NCBI GenBank assembly: GCA_950097015.1
Contig: CATNEN010000039.1
Span: forward strand, 3,968,001-4,032,000
From: Macrostomum hystrix
Taxonomy: Eukaryota; Animalia; Platyhelminthes
Direction: 5' to 3'
Length of the DNA stretch: 64,000 nt
In this document: piece by piece, positions 38,765 through 52,326 of the stretch
Layout of the letters: each line of letters starts with the position of its first letter
Position numbering within the stretch: position 1 is the stretch's first letter
The notes under the pieces: model-generated
What the model was told of the DNA's origin: nothing
The model's database searches: none
The model's input: only the letters and a program-made list of their open reading frames with translations
Position numbers and translations under genes: made by a program

Positions 38765-39777
38765 AGTCTGCAGTCATTTTGTCTGCCAATGAATTTTAGC
38801 AGACAAAACGACTTTTTTATTTATGTTTATTTTGGTTCACTTATTTAGTATTTTTTATGTAGGGAATTAAAATAAATTAGTATAAGCAAGTTTTAAGTAT
38901 GTTTTCTTATTTATATTGATACATTTTGTTTTTCTTCATTTTCTACAAAACCTAACTAATCTATATAATACTTTCGATGCATCAATGTGAAGTTATTTTT
39001 TGAGAAAGTGGTGTTATCGATAATTTTATCGATAATAAAACAATGGAGGAAAAGGGGGTTCAAAGTATTGGAAGTGCGTGACTCGCAATAGCACAATTAA
39101 ATGCAGTGGCAGCATCACGGAATCCCCAGGGGGCATGTTTCATCCAAGGAAGTGGCACATATGTGAGGCAAACATAGATGGTGGTCTGCGCAAGGAGGTG
39201 GCTCTAGAAGTGAAGCAGGCTGCTAAGAGAGCAAAGCTGTGGCAACAGTGCTGTGGCGCTGTCTTAGGCAAGTGTCTGTCGTGATGAATTACTGCCAAAA
39301 CAGTTTTTTGACATTTTGCTTTGTGACGTTAGTCATTTTGTGACGTTTTTAAATTTTTACATTTTTACATTTCTACTTGTATTCGTGAATAAATTGCAAA
39401 TGAGTTTACATTTTCTGTGCCTACAATTTTGATTGCTCCTTACATTTTACACTTTGTGCATTTAAGCTACTTGTATTTGTGAATAAATTGCATGAGTTTA
39501 CATACACAAAAAAAAGAAAGTTGGAAGGAAACTAAACGGTTGGAGATATTTGCTTCTGGCTTTGTGTATTTATATGCAACATATTAGCTCCGGAACTTTC
39601 AGAAAAATCCTAGCATTATAATAAATTATAATTAATAAGACATTTACATTACACTTCCTTGCAAAGCTTGATGACATAATTAGTTATTCCGATTTATATA
39701 TTATATATATTGGCAGACAAAACGACTATATCGTATATTGGCAGACGAAAAGGCGGCAGATGAAATGACCGTCAACC
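38765..39777. mobile_element. Non-autonomous DNA transposon with a 9-bp TSD (Mutator/MULE-like), about 1 kb
   Basis: GGCATTAGC at 38756-38764 and 39778-39786; imperfect TIRs AGTCTGCAGTCATTTTGTCTGCC / GGCAGATGAAATGACCGTCAACC; subterminal GCAGACAAAACGACT repeats at both ends. Confidence 0.75.
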
Positions 39778-42760
39778 GGCATTAGCTACCATGGAACTAA
39801 TGGCATTTAGTTAGTTTTATGATTGTCTATGATGTCTATGCAATTGATTACAAAATATCTTGTCACCAAAATGTCCTGGGACCAAATTATATCCATATGA
39901 GTTAATAGTATTATTAGTGTCTTGCCCCTTGACACTTGCATGCTAGACCATAGGAGTAAAATCTACTCTGAATAATAAGTGTTAGGCCTATGGCTATAAT
40001 GGTTGCCATAAATATAGCAGAAGTTTAAATTATTAAATTTGAAAAAATAAATTTCACTAGGGGCCTATAAAAAAATATAAATTATGCTTTTTTTGTAGGA
40101 AAAAGGCCCTACAACAAAAACATACTCCTCAATTTTTGCATATTTCCTATGGGATTGACGATTGTCACAAATTTCAAAGGTCATAAACCAAACAAATGCC
40201 AAACTAAAACTAACTACGGATCTGGTATGTTTCCAAGTTGATAGGTCTATAGTTTCTTTACCTAACATTAAAAAGTACTTGCTGGTTGCTATGGATCAAA
40301 ACATTATAGCCACCGTGCCATTATTTTCTCTAATAATGGCATCTAGATAGTAGGCTAAGCCAACTTCAAACAATTCATTAGCTAGAATGAGTTTCAATAC
40401 AGCATCACTATCAGCAGCAGTGTACTAGAGCATAGAAGATTAATAGGGTTAAGTTGTATTCTGGAAAAACTTTTGAGAACGTTCGCAGTTCCTGAAATGA
40501 CCGGGTTGTCAGTTCATAATTCAGTTCTGCACGACAATAATACATTTTTAGCAAACAAAAATAACAAACCTCAAGCTGTTTAAAACGCAGCCTATTTCGA
40601 AGAACTCGCATTAAACCAAAACGCATAAATGCGTTATAAGAATAGAAACAGAATACAGTGCAGAAGTATTTTCGTTAATCAAATTATAATTAACCAATAC
40701 ACTTTCGAGCTAAAATAAAACACACTTTTAATTGTCATTGTCAAATCGCAAATATCGCAAATATCGCAAATCGCAAATGGCACCCGTGTTGACAGAGATA
40801 GGGTCTAAGAAACGGTAATCGAAGTAAACGGTAGCGCAAGTTCGGAAAGCAAACTGTTTAAAGCAAGTGAATAAAGTTGTTATTATTCTTTTAGCTAAAG
40901 ACTACAAGCTGGAAATTGTATGTCATAAGCGAGAATTCGTACTGAAATAAGATATACAGGTTGGATCTGATCCAGACAGTAAAACCCAGAAGGGATTAAA
41001 TTAATGCAGATTTTGCAGAAGGAAATAAAAGGAAACTAAGGGAGTAATTCCAAATAAGAGAGAGAGAGAGTGTGAGATTGGACACCCTCCGGTCCACTGG
41101 TAGCCTTTGTCGGACTGAACTTAATAAAAGACTGTGTGTCACTAACATAAAATATACATATGAGTTATTCGTGTGAATCAGATTAAAATAGTGTCTTACC
41201 GCTCGGACACTTGCATGCTATCACAGAGTAAATAACTACTCTAATATAATATTATAAAGTGTTATACTAATTAAAAGTGCTAAAGTTTAAAAGCCCTGAG
41301 ACCATTTGATAGAATATTAACAAATAAGAAAGGGCCCTCCCACACTTTTTAATTTATAAGTAAAAATAAAGTATTAATTTGTAATGTAAAAAATATATAT
41401 GTAGCTACGTGCTGAATGCGCCGTTGAGAGAATACTATATTGCTGGCTAATATGTACGTTAAGTGCTGGTGAACTAGGATATTACTAGACATAGTATGGT
41501 CTAACTCTGTCTTGTTTGTTGACCTCAAGCCAAGGAAGGCATAGTTTTTTCTTCGTTAGTTTTTCTTCACCTAGCGGTATTTAATATACATTAAGTAGCC
41601 TTATTAATTTAAAAGAACATGTTCTCGGAACAAAGAACATGTTCGGAGTTGCCTATTAGGCGACCGTCGCGCATGTTAGATGTAGCCTAAGAGTCGTCAA
41701 CACGGCTGATCATGGATATGGATGCTTTCTGACCCTTCATCGTTCTGTGCATTTGGTGTGAATAGGCCTAGCATCCTGAAATCTAAAATTACATCCAGAA
41801 ATTGTCAGAAAAACTTGAGGCAAAAGCAGCTATATCATAACCCTTAAAATATTCTTTTAAAAAGAGGACTAACACTGACAGTAAACAGAGTCCAGATGGC
41901 GGGCATCTGCATGGGATGTGACATGCAAGGGAATATGGCATGTGGGGCCATTGGCGAACTTGAGTTGGCCAGTTGGTCTTAAATAATGTTGGTCTTCCTA
42001 AAATGTGATCCAGGATGCTTAATCGCATCGGAATTTTAGACAAAAAACCAAGGGCCATGTAACACTTTCTCTTTATAATATGGCCATGGCCCATGGCTGT
42101 TAATGCCAATGTATTTAGATTGTTCTGCCAGATTAAGTAGGCCTACTAATGTATAATAATAGTATGAAATTAGCTTGTAAAATTAAATTCATATGAATTT
42201 AATCGCTTCATAAAAAAGATATTATAACAATAAATTTTATAAATTAGCTATTAATTGTTGCAAAGTTGTAAACTAGCTAGGCATGAGCCTGCTCTAGACA
42301 TAGGCCTATACCAATCCAGTCCTAATGTGGCATGGCACCTCTCCCCATTTGGCATGATTAACCTTGCAAAACATATATTTATTTAATATTCATATAAAAG
42401 TAGACTATATAGTTGTGTTGAATTGAAAAGTAGGCCTATACCTAGAATAGACAGGTTTTCTTAAACCTATGGTTATGCCAAAACTTCTGCCTTGCATAGG
42501 CCTACTTGGTACTGAAATAAGCTATTAGCCCTAGGCAATCAATGTTGAATGTTACAAACATCATTTTTTGATAATGATAAAGCGCATGTATTTAGATTAA
42601 GCCTAAGGCAAACTTTTTTTATTCAAACTAGTTTTTAAAATTTCATATTAAAAAATGAATTTTGTTGTTTGCAACTGTCAATATTTTTCTTTTTTTTTGT
42701 AGACTAATTTAATTCTAACTAAAATGAAAGTATAATATTTTACAATTTCTAGCCATCTCA

Positions 42761-45700
42761 ATGCGTAGCATCACTGATTTCTTTCGTCCTACAACAGACC
42801 CTTCTCCAGCTGGGCAGAAGCAGCAGTCATGTGAAAGCATTGTTATTATTGATGATGATGATGAAATTGATGGCACTGGGCAACATTTGGCTCAGTTGAC
42901 AAAGCCACTAGCTGTTAGCTGCAAGTCAGATTCCAATGCTGTATTCGACAACCTAGCTTGTCATGATCACATCTTAGCTTCTCAGACTAGTCATTTATAT
43001 CCAGATGATGAGGTGAGATTATCGATGAATTATTCCTTTGAAAAATTCTAATTATTGACAAGTTGCAAAGGGATTTATGCTTTAGTGACAGATTACCCAT
43101 TAAGGGATTAGGAAAGGATGACAGGTGGGATTTGGAAGGGATGACAAGTGCGATTTGGAAGGGATGACAAGTGGGATTAAGAAGGGATTACAGGTGACCC
43201 ACTCAGGGCTTAGGAATGGATGAGAGGTATAATGCATCTGCTAAAGAAATGGGGTAGGGCAGGCGAAAATGGCAAATGGCAAAATTGACAGTTGAAAATC
43301 AGGATCTTAATGTTAGGCCATTATCAGGTAACTGCAGAAGTTGCAGTGGCACATTAAAAAACTTGAAAGAAACGAAGTTTTTTATTCTCCAAGGTTACTC
43401 AGCCCTGCTTCATATCTTCTGAGAGCATCAACAGCAACAGCAATCATTCGTCTAGCTCTTCCTCTGACACGGATGATGTTTCCAACGATGACAGCGAGTC
43501 TAACACAGCCAAGCGACCCACATCGTCAGTGATCAAAGCAGCGATAGTTCCTGTGGACATTCAGGAAATTACATTCGACACATTCAGGGCAGATGACGTC
43601 CAGATAGCGAAGCCGCTGAAGTCACCGAATGTGAAAGCACATGCGAACTCAACGAATAAAGTTGCCACCCTATTCGACCCGTCGACCTGGGGTCGCCGAC
43701 GCGTCGCCGAAGTCGTCCATCAAGAGGAGTCCCCATCTTTTTCGCCTGTGCAGCCTCGTCGTGGGCGCGGCCGACCTCGAAAAATGCCAGTCGCGTCGCC
43801 ACCGCAGCCGCCGCCAGCTCTGCCAACGCCCACGCAGCCGGCGTCTGACACTTCGCCGACTAAATCAGCGACTGTTCGAAGGCCAGCGCCGAGTGCCGCC
43901 GATAGAGCCCGCTTCTTTGCCACCGACTTTCGACCGAAGCAGTTGCTGACAAAATCGGCCACCTCGGCGCCGGTTTTCGGAAATCTTCCGTGCCCCTGGC
44001 CGGCCAGTTGGAATGCACACGTTGGCTGGCAACCGTTGCCTAGCAACGAAGAAACCTATTCGTTTCGAGAGCTGGACGATAAGGATGAGCAGTTGAAGCC
44101 ATTGTCGAATGCACAGCAGCCTCACCGCAGTCTTCTCTTGCTCGGAAACAAAAATAATGACGCATCTTGTTGCCTAGCAACAGTACGCATAACTCGATTA
44201 GCAACCAACGCTGAAACTCGAGCGATTGCAACTAGCGCCACTGTCGCCGAGGTCACTAGCGACCTTCCCGATGCCGAGCGTCGATTTGCAGCTCTGACCT
44301 CCGCTCTGACAGCGGCTGCATCCAACGGTGACGCTAGACAACGAAGCCTAGCCGACCTGCTTGCGCCGCGCAGCGTCGTTGATATCGTCGACGGTGGCGA
44401 CGATGTGCCTCGATTAGCCGACTGGCTGGAAGGCTGGGAGCGGCGTCAGCGTCTAGAACGTCGAGAGCGTGCCCGGAAGCGTCGGCGAAGACGCCGGTGC
44501 GGCGGCGTTGATTCTGAGGACTCCGACGACGACTACGATAGTTACTATGATGACGAAGACGACAGTGACAGCGCAGATGACGAGGCCGAGGCAAAAGCAG
44601 CGCTGGTTGAAGGTCCGGGCAAGACAAGCCTGGCCTATGCATTGGCTGCCCAGCTGGGATTGCAGGTTTGCTAAATCTTCATTTTACACTTGACTCCTTA
44701 CTGCCTACTGTTAGTAGCATTATTCTACTTTTCTTTCTGCATATTTTAGTAGCTTACATCACAAATGCTCACTTCCACCTATTGTGCCCCCTCTGCCAGG
44801 TGTTTGAGGTGAACACCGGCGAGCGCCGCCAAGGCAAGCAGCTGCTTGACCGCCTGCAGGAGGCGGCCATCTGCAGCCAGGTGGGTCGACAGCGACTGGA
44901 TGCTGCGCCGTCCACCACTGCAGCTGCGTCGCCGTCGGTCGCCACGTCTGGTAAGAAGCGTCGAACTTTGGTTGCTTTGGCAACCGATCGACGCCAATCT
45001 AAGCGAATGCGTCGCGATGAGGACGCGCCTAAGGTCGTCGATTCACCGGCTCTATCTCGCGTAAGACTCTTGCGATAATTTTTTGTCCTAGATCTCTAAT
45101 CTTTATCATAATCCAGCACTTTAACGCCTTAATTCGATGTCCATCTGATTCTCCCAGATCCCCAAAGCTACATCTGGTTCTGCCAGATCCCAAAAGCTTC
45201 ACCTCGTTCTCCTAGATCCCCAAGGCTACACCTCGTTCTCCCAGATCCCCAAAGCTACACCTCGTTCTCCCAGATTCCCAATGCTACACATCAATCGTCA
45301 TCCCCAGGTGACCGTGACCAACGCCTGCCTGCTACTGTTTGACGATGCCGACACGCTCCTAGAAGACGAAACCGGCTTTCACCGGCTGCTGGCCCTGGTT
45401 TGCTCCGTAGCCCGCAAGCCGGCTTTGATCGGCGTGAACGATGCGGCCTCATTTCGCCGACAGGCGTCTGGCGGCGTCCTGGCCTCGGCGCCGCTGTTTC
45501 ACCTGCGCCCGGCTGCGCCAGCCGCCGTGGCTGGGTTCGCTCGGCTGGTGGCAGCGGCGCTCGGCTGGCAGCTGCAGTCGGACGGCGCTGCGGCACTGGC
45601 CGGGCACTGCGGCCATCGGATTGGCCGCCTGCTGCAACTGCTGCAATATCAACTGTATCTACCCAGCTGCGGCAGCAATGACGTCATCACCGAGGCGATG

Positions 45701-46384
45701 GATGGTAAGGCTGAGTTGAATTTCACCGTGACAGTCGGCGAACCGCTGGACAAGTCGCCACTCTGCCGACTGGCTCCGCTGTTAAACTGTTCAGCGACTG
45801 TCGCCGATGATCGAGTGGCCGAGGCTTCAGCCAAGAATCTGGCCTGTCTGTCAGCAGTTGCCGATGCCGCCGATGCTGGTCGCCTGGCTGATCGACTGCG
45901 GCGGCGTCATGGACATTCGGATCATTCCAACTGTCGTCTGCTCGATGGTGTCGCCGATGAACTGCCCGACGAAAAAGTCGATTTCGCCGGTGAATTGGCC
46001 GAAAATTTAGCTGGGTGCCTCCTGACTAAATCGATCGAAGAAGCGGGTCGACGACTCGGCGTTTCCATGGCAACGGGAGCTATGCCGAGCGCTGCAGTTT
46101 CGGCCATAGACAGTGTCAGTGTCCGTCACCTGGAGCGCGATCTCGGACGTCGCGGCGGTTGCCTCGAGACTCTGGACATTGTCACCTTCCTTCGCCACAC
46201 CGCCTGGCTGCATTCCATCGCTGATGTCGCCGACACAACCGGAGGTGCTCAACGCAGCAGTCGGCGTCGGACCAGAGCCGGCGGCGGGCCTTTGATGTAC
46301 AGCGATAGAATCGGCATGTGCATCGGCGATAATGGCAAGCGCTACCTGCTTGAGCAAGGCTGCCGCCTGCTCAACTCAAGCTGA
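42761..46384 (+). CDS. ATAD5: ATAD5/Elg1-like large subunit of the PCNA-unloading RFC-like complex (about 953 aa)
   Basis: Exons 42761-43012, 43394-44665, 44800-45060, 45308-46384 (phase 0). Motifs: N-terminal SITDFF, AT-hook RGRGRPRK, LADWLEGW, GPGKTSLAYALA, VFEVNTGERRQGKQLLDRLQEA, LLLFDDADTLLEDETGF. Confidence 0.85.
43095..43200. repeat. Short degenerate about 23-bp intronic repeat (GAAGGGATGACAAGTGGGATT)
   Basis: About 4 copies in ATAD5 intron 1. Confidence 0.65.
45148..45290. repeat. About 29-bp intronic repeat (GTTCTCCCAGATCCCCAAAGCTACACCTC)
   Basis: About 5 copies immediately before the acceptor at 45307. Confidence 0.85.
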
Positions 46385-47261
46385 GTCAGCCCTATTTGTG
46401 CCGCCCTATTTTATTTGCCCGCCGTTGACTCCTTATTGGCTTTATTTAATTATTAACATGATATTATTCTACTATTTTTCTAACGTATGCAAATGTTATT
46501 ACAATTCTGTATTATGTACTCGTAAGTGTTGCATTTAAGAAGGCCGGTTTCTAAATGCTGAACCTGATTTCTTTCAATCTGACTCGTTGGTCATCCAATT
46601 CAATCGTCGATTAATAAAGTGTTTAAACAGTTCTTAATTCTTCATGTTAAATCATGTATCAAAAAGCCTTCTGTAATCAATATTTTTTAAATAAAAAAAC
46701 CAATTGTGCTGGTGCGTTGTGGAACTGATCGACTGCAAACAATATGGTCCAATAGATTTTAAACTATTTAATTTCTCTGGCAAAGACTCGGGCAGGACAC
46801 GCCTGCTAAGCAGGACGTCCCTATTGTCAGTTGTCAGGTTAATTATTTTGCTTGAGCTTATCGATATTTTGTAGCCTTCTTAAAACCAAACAGGAAAGTC
46901 AATTCTCTACCACTGACTGCGGCTTTATCAGTTTGGCTATGGAGTTGGTTGCCAACGCGACGGTGGCTTATCAACCAAGCTTTCTTAATGAAATGGAAAT
47001 CTTTTCAATGCCGTTTTTTAGTATTCTAGTCGTTAAAACTGGCCCTGAGATTATAGCTGTAGTTTTGCTAGTGAATACTGTCAACTCCGTCGTAGATAAT
47101 ACCTAGATAAGACACGGACTTGAATTGAATTATAATTTATGCGTCACCTGATTTTACTGCAGCTATTTAGTTTGCAAAAACATCCTTACAGCTTAAAACT
47201 GCTAGGTTTTATGACGTGCGATACTTCATGATCTCCTCGAGATATTTCTCAAGATTTGGTT

Positions 47262-49400
47262 ATCAATCCGATCCCTATCTAATCATTCTGATCCCTATCC
47301 TATCATTCTGATCCCTATCCAATCATTCTGATCCCTATCCTATCATTCTGATCCCTATCCACTCATTCTGATCCCTATCCTATCATTCTGTTCCCTATCC
47401 AATCATTCTGATCCCTATCCTATCATTCTGATCCCTATCATATCATTCTGATGCCTATCCTATCATTCTGATGCCTATCCTATCAATCCGATCCCTATCC
47501 AATCATTCTGATCCCTATCCTATCAATCCGATCCCTATCCAATCATTCTGATCCCTATCCTATCATTCTGATGCCTATCCTATCATTCTGATGCCTATCC
47601 TATCAATCCGATCCCTATCCAATCATTCTGATCCCTATCCAATCATTCTGATCCCTATCCTATCATTCTGATGCCTATCCTATCATTCTGATGCCTATCC
47701 AATCATTCTGATCCCTATCCAATCATTCTGATCCCTATCCAATCATTCTGATCCCTATCCTATCATTCTGATGCCTATCCTATCATTCTGATGCCTATCC
47801 TATCAATCCGATCCCTATCCAATCATTCTGATCCCTATCCTATCAATCCGATCCCTATCCAATCATTCTGATCCCTATCCTATCATTCTGATCCCTATCC
47901 TATCATTCTGATGCCTATCCTATCATTCTGATGCCTATCCTATCAATCCGATCCCTATCCAATCATTCTGATCCCTATCCTATCATTCTGATCCCTATCC
48001 TATCAATCCGATCCCTATCCAATCATTCTGATCCCTATCCTATCATTCTGATCCCTATCCTATCATTCTGATGCCTATCCTATCATTCTGATGCCTATCC
48101 TATCAATCCGATCCCTATCCAATCATTCTGATCCCTATCCTATCATTCTGATCCCTATCCTATCATTCTGATGCCTATCCTATCATTCTGATGCCTATCC
48201 TATCAATCCGATCCCTATCCAATCATTCTGATCCCTATCCTATCATTCTGATCCCTATCCTATCATTCTGATCCCTATCCTATCATTCTGATCCCTATCC
48301 TATCATTCTGATCCCTATCCAATCATTCTGATCCCTATCCTATCATTCTGATCCCTATCCTATCATTCTGATCCCTATCCTATCATTCTGATCCCTATCC
48401 AATCATTCTGATCCCTATGCTATCATTCTGATCCCTATCCTATCATTCTGATCCCTATCCTATCATTCTGATCCCTATCCTATCATTCTGATCCCTATCC
48501 TATCATTCTGATCCCTATCCAATCATTCTGATCCCTATGCTATCATTCTGATCCCTATCCAATCATTCTGATCCCTATCCTATCATTCTGATCCCTATCC
48601 TATCATTCTGATGCCTATCCTATCATTCTGATGCCTATCCTATCATTCTGATCCCTATCCTATCAATCCGATCCCTATCCAATCATTCTGATCCCTATCC
48701 TATCATTCTGATCCCTATCCTATCATTCTGATCCCTATCCACTCATTCTGATCCCTATCCAATCATTCTGATCCCTATCCTATCATTCTGATGCCTATCC
48801 TATCATTCTGATGCCTATCCTATCATTCTGATCCCTATCCTATCAATCCGATCCCTATCCAATCATTCTGATCCCTATCCAATCATTCTGATCCCTATCC
48901 TATCATTCTGCTCCCTATCCTATCATTCTGATCCCTATCCTATCATTCTGATCCCTATCCTATCATTCTGATCCCTATCCAATCATTCTGATCCCTATCC
49001 AATCATTCTGATCCCTATCCAATCATTCTGATCCCTATCCTATCATTCTGATCCCTATCCAATCATTCTGATCCCTATCCAATCATTCTGATCCCTATCC
49101 AATCATTCTGATCCCTATCCAATCATTCTGATCCCTATCATATCATTCTGATCCCTATCCAATCATTCTGATTCCTATCCAATCATTCTGATCCCTATCC
49201 AATCATTCTGATCCCTATCATATCATTCTGATCCCTATCCAATCATTCTGATTCCTATCCTATCATTCTGATTCCTATCCAATCATTCTGATCCCTATCA
49301 TATCATTCTGATCCCTATTCAATCATTCTGATCCCTATCCTATCATTCTGATCCCTATCCTATCATTCTGATCCCTATCCTATCATTCTGATGCCTATCC
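47262..49400. repeat. 2.1 kb minisatellite, 20-bp unit (ATCCCTATCCT/AATCATTCTG)
   Basis: About 107 copies in perfect 20-bp register. Confidence 0.97.
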
Positions 49401-49857
49401 GTTGCAGCCTATCTGATCTGTATCTACGAGTAATTCACACTAGATCAGCTAGGCTAGTTGGAGATCATGTGAGTTTATTGAATATTATTGTTGACCAAAA
49501 GTGGCACGATCCACTGCAGCCGTGAGTTTCAAGGTCACCAATGCGGTTCGCGAACGCGGATTCTAGCGGCGCAGTGTTTTTTTGACTCACGCGATTTTTC
49601 TGACTCTTCAAACTGATAACGTAATCAGAACACAAATCCTTTCTTTGCTGTCACTGCCTGGAGATTGTTAAAAGGGTTGCTACGCATACTATCTACGCGC
49701 ACAGGTGTGTCAAAAATTGTCGGCAAAAAGATTTTCATTCTCTGAAAACGATTGAAAGAAAGCCTTACGAGCTAATTTTATCTTTTTTTCGTGAATCTAA
49801 TCAACTTTAGAAAAAAGAAAATTGCTGCAAATCGCGGAGGCTGATAAGAAAAGTTTA

Positions 49858-49866
49858 CTATAAATA
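49858..49866 (+). promoter_or_regulatory. TATA box of the C-type lectin gene
   Basis: CTATAAATA about 75 bp upstream of ATG 49936, with GATA sites (TGATAA) further upstream. Confidence 0.55.
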
Positions 49867-49935
49867 CTGCAAGGCTGCCCTGGCCTCTTCATTCTTCATT
49901 GAGCCGAGAAACTTGCAAATCCTTACTTGGAAACC

Positions 49936-51055
49936 ATGCTGTCGATTCAGCCCTGTCTGGCGCTGCTCCTGGCACTGCTGGTGGCCACAGAGGTGTCCGC
50001 CAACCCTCCAGCCCTACAAAAGCCGCCAGTGAAAACCGACCTTTTAGCTGCGACCTCGACCTCCGAGGAGGTGTTCTTTGAGCTATGCCCGCAGGGCTCG
50101 GAGTGGGCCAAGTTCAACGGCAGCTGCTACAGGTGGTTCCGCAACGACTCCTACTGGTACACGGCGGAGCAGCGCTGCAAGGAATTCGGCGGCCAACTGA
50201 CAAGCATCAAAAACCGATTCGAAGACTCGTTCATCGCTAAGCTGACCTACTGCCGCAGGGCTTGGATCGGTCGGTACTCTGTCAATGTGGACCGGCTGGA
50301 CCAGGCGGATAACTACCGGTTTACAGACGGCGTCAAAGAGGCGTACCATAAGCACAACTTCATCTACCCAGACATTCACTTTCCCCTGATTACGGTCTTT
50401 AATCTCACCTGGGAGAACAATGTCTATCACGACAGGCACTCGTTTATCTGCAAGGTAAAGGAGCCGGAGAAGGAGCGAATCTGCGACTGCCCGAACGGCT
50501 GGCGACATCTGAACGGAAACTGCTACTTAATGCCGAATTTCAAGGCTACCTATATTGAAGCTGACTTCTATTGCCGGTAAGAAGATAAAGTAGGTGACCA
50601 ATGCATTTGCTGATAAAATTAAGTTATGTGGACTAGCCAAGCGTGCCCCATCTAAAAATAGAAACAGTCGATTAAAATTCGCTCTTGACATTTTCAGCGG
50701 TCGCGACGCCTACGTTACATCGATTCACACGAGCCAGGAGCTTCGAGCACTGAGTCTACTCGACATTGACACCTACGGCTGCCCGCCAGACACCTGGATC
50801 GGCCTGCTCAAGCTCAACCCGTGCCGGCAGGACTTCTCTACCGGCGAGAAAATCTGCTACCGCTGGTCCGACCGCTCCGGGGACTACAAGGGCATCCCGA
50901 CCTGGCAGGCTGGCAGCCCCATCGAGGACCTCGTGACCAACTGCATCGTGCTGCGCAACGAGGAGATCGTCTCCGTGCCTTGCTACACCCGCGCCAACTT
51001 CGTCTGCAAAAAGAAGGTCGACCCGCGACTCAAGGGCCGACAGTGCTCGGTCTGA
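49936..51055 (+). CDS. Secreted protein with two C-type lectin domains (about 332 aa)
   Basis: Exons 49936-50576 and 50698-51055 (phase 2). Signal MLSIQPCLALLLALLVATEVSA; CPQGSEW..FNGSCY..AEQRC..LTSI..AWIG..FICK; CPNGW..GNCY..TWIGL..FVCK. Confidence 0.92.
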
Positions 51056-52326
51056 ACTCAAAACGTTGCTCTGCTATGAGCTAGTACTATATGAGTTGCA
51101 CTCAAAGCATAAGACAACATTAACACAATAGGCGCTAAGTACTCTAGCATACAATCGCAAAGCATTATCAGACACGACTGCAAATTGGCCTAAATACAAT
51201 TTTACGCACCATTCCATACCTAATTATAATTAACTACAAGTTAATTATACTTATACTATATTTATCACTACTGATTCGCTCTCAGTTAAAGTGATTTTAA
51301 TAATTTTCACTCGAGTATTCAAGTGTCTTGAACTTATTCAGTCATTGTGTGCTAACATTCATACACAAAACTGTAAAATAGACAAAAAAAAATTAGTTGT
51401 GTGTATTCTTACGTCATTTTAAGAGAACACGGCAAATTATTTTCGTAGTTTGAAAATTCATGTAAGAGCTATTTGAAATAGTAAGTAATATATTGGTTTA
51501 CATGTAAAAATGGTATAATTAAATTGCATTGCAGAAAAACTATCTACAGGTATGTCGCCTGTTTTGTGGATGGAAAAAATAAAAATTTGCATAAATTAGC
51601 TTTAGTTAAAGAAGTATTTATAACGGAACCTGGTAAAATCAGTGCAGCACGGAATGTGCAGTGTTAAGCTTGAAAACAGCATGACTGACTAGATGCTCAA
51701 TAAGCTGTCACAACATTGTTTTAAGAAAAGACAGAAAGTCTATAAAAATATACACTTTAGAGGTTCAGCTAAAACAGCAAAAAACTAATTAGAGACTTTT
51801 TCCCACCTATCAGAATATCATATTCGTGAGTGCGTCAAAAAGTAAATTTAGTACTTGGGAAAATATTAAAGTACACTAATATCCCCTGGTATATTTACCT
51901 AGTGATCCGCAAACTTTTATCAGTTTATAAGTCAAAGAGACAGGGTAGAGATGAGACAGGAGAGAGACGAGACAAGGGAGAGATGAGATATGGGAGATAA
52001 GATAGGAGATAGATAAGAAAGAGATAAGACAAGGGGAGATAAGAAATTGAAGAGAGATGAGACACGGGGAGACAGGAATGGCCTGAGTTCAGGACCGAAC
52101 CCAGGGTTCAGCCGATGCTAGGCTGGTGGATTAAAGAAGGCCAATAATATATTGCGCAACAATAAGCTTGTCTAAAGTTGTGATTCGTATTCGAGAATTT
52201 CTTTTCTATCTATAAAAACAGATCTAGCAAAAAAGCTACATAAAAATATATAACCACAGTAACGTGCAGATCGTGCGTGAATGACTCACAAGTTAAATTT
52301 TGGATAAAAAAAAATTTCTCGCCAAC

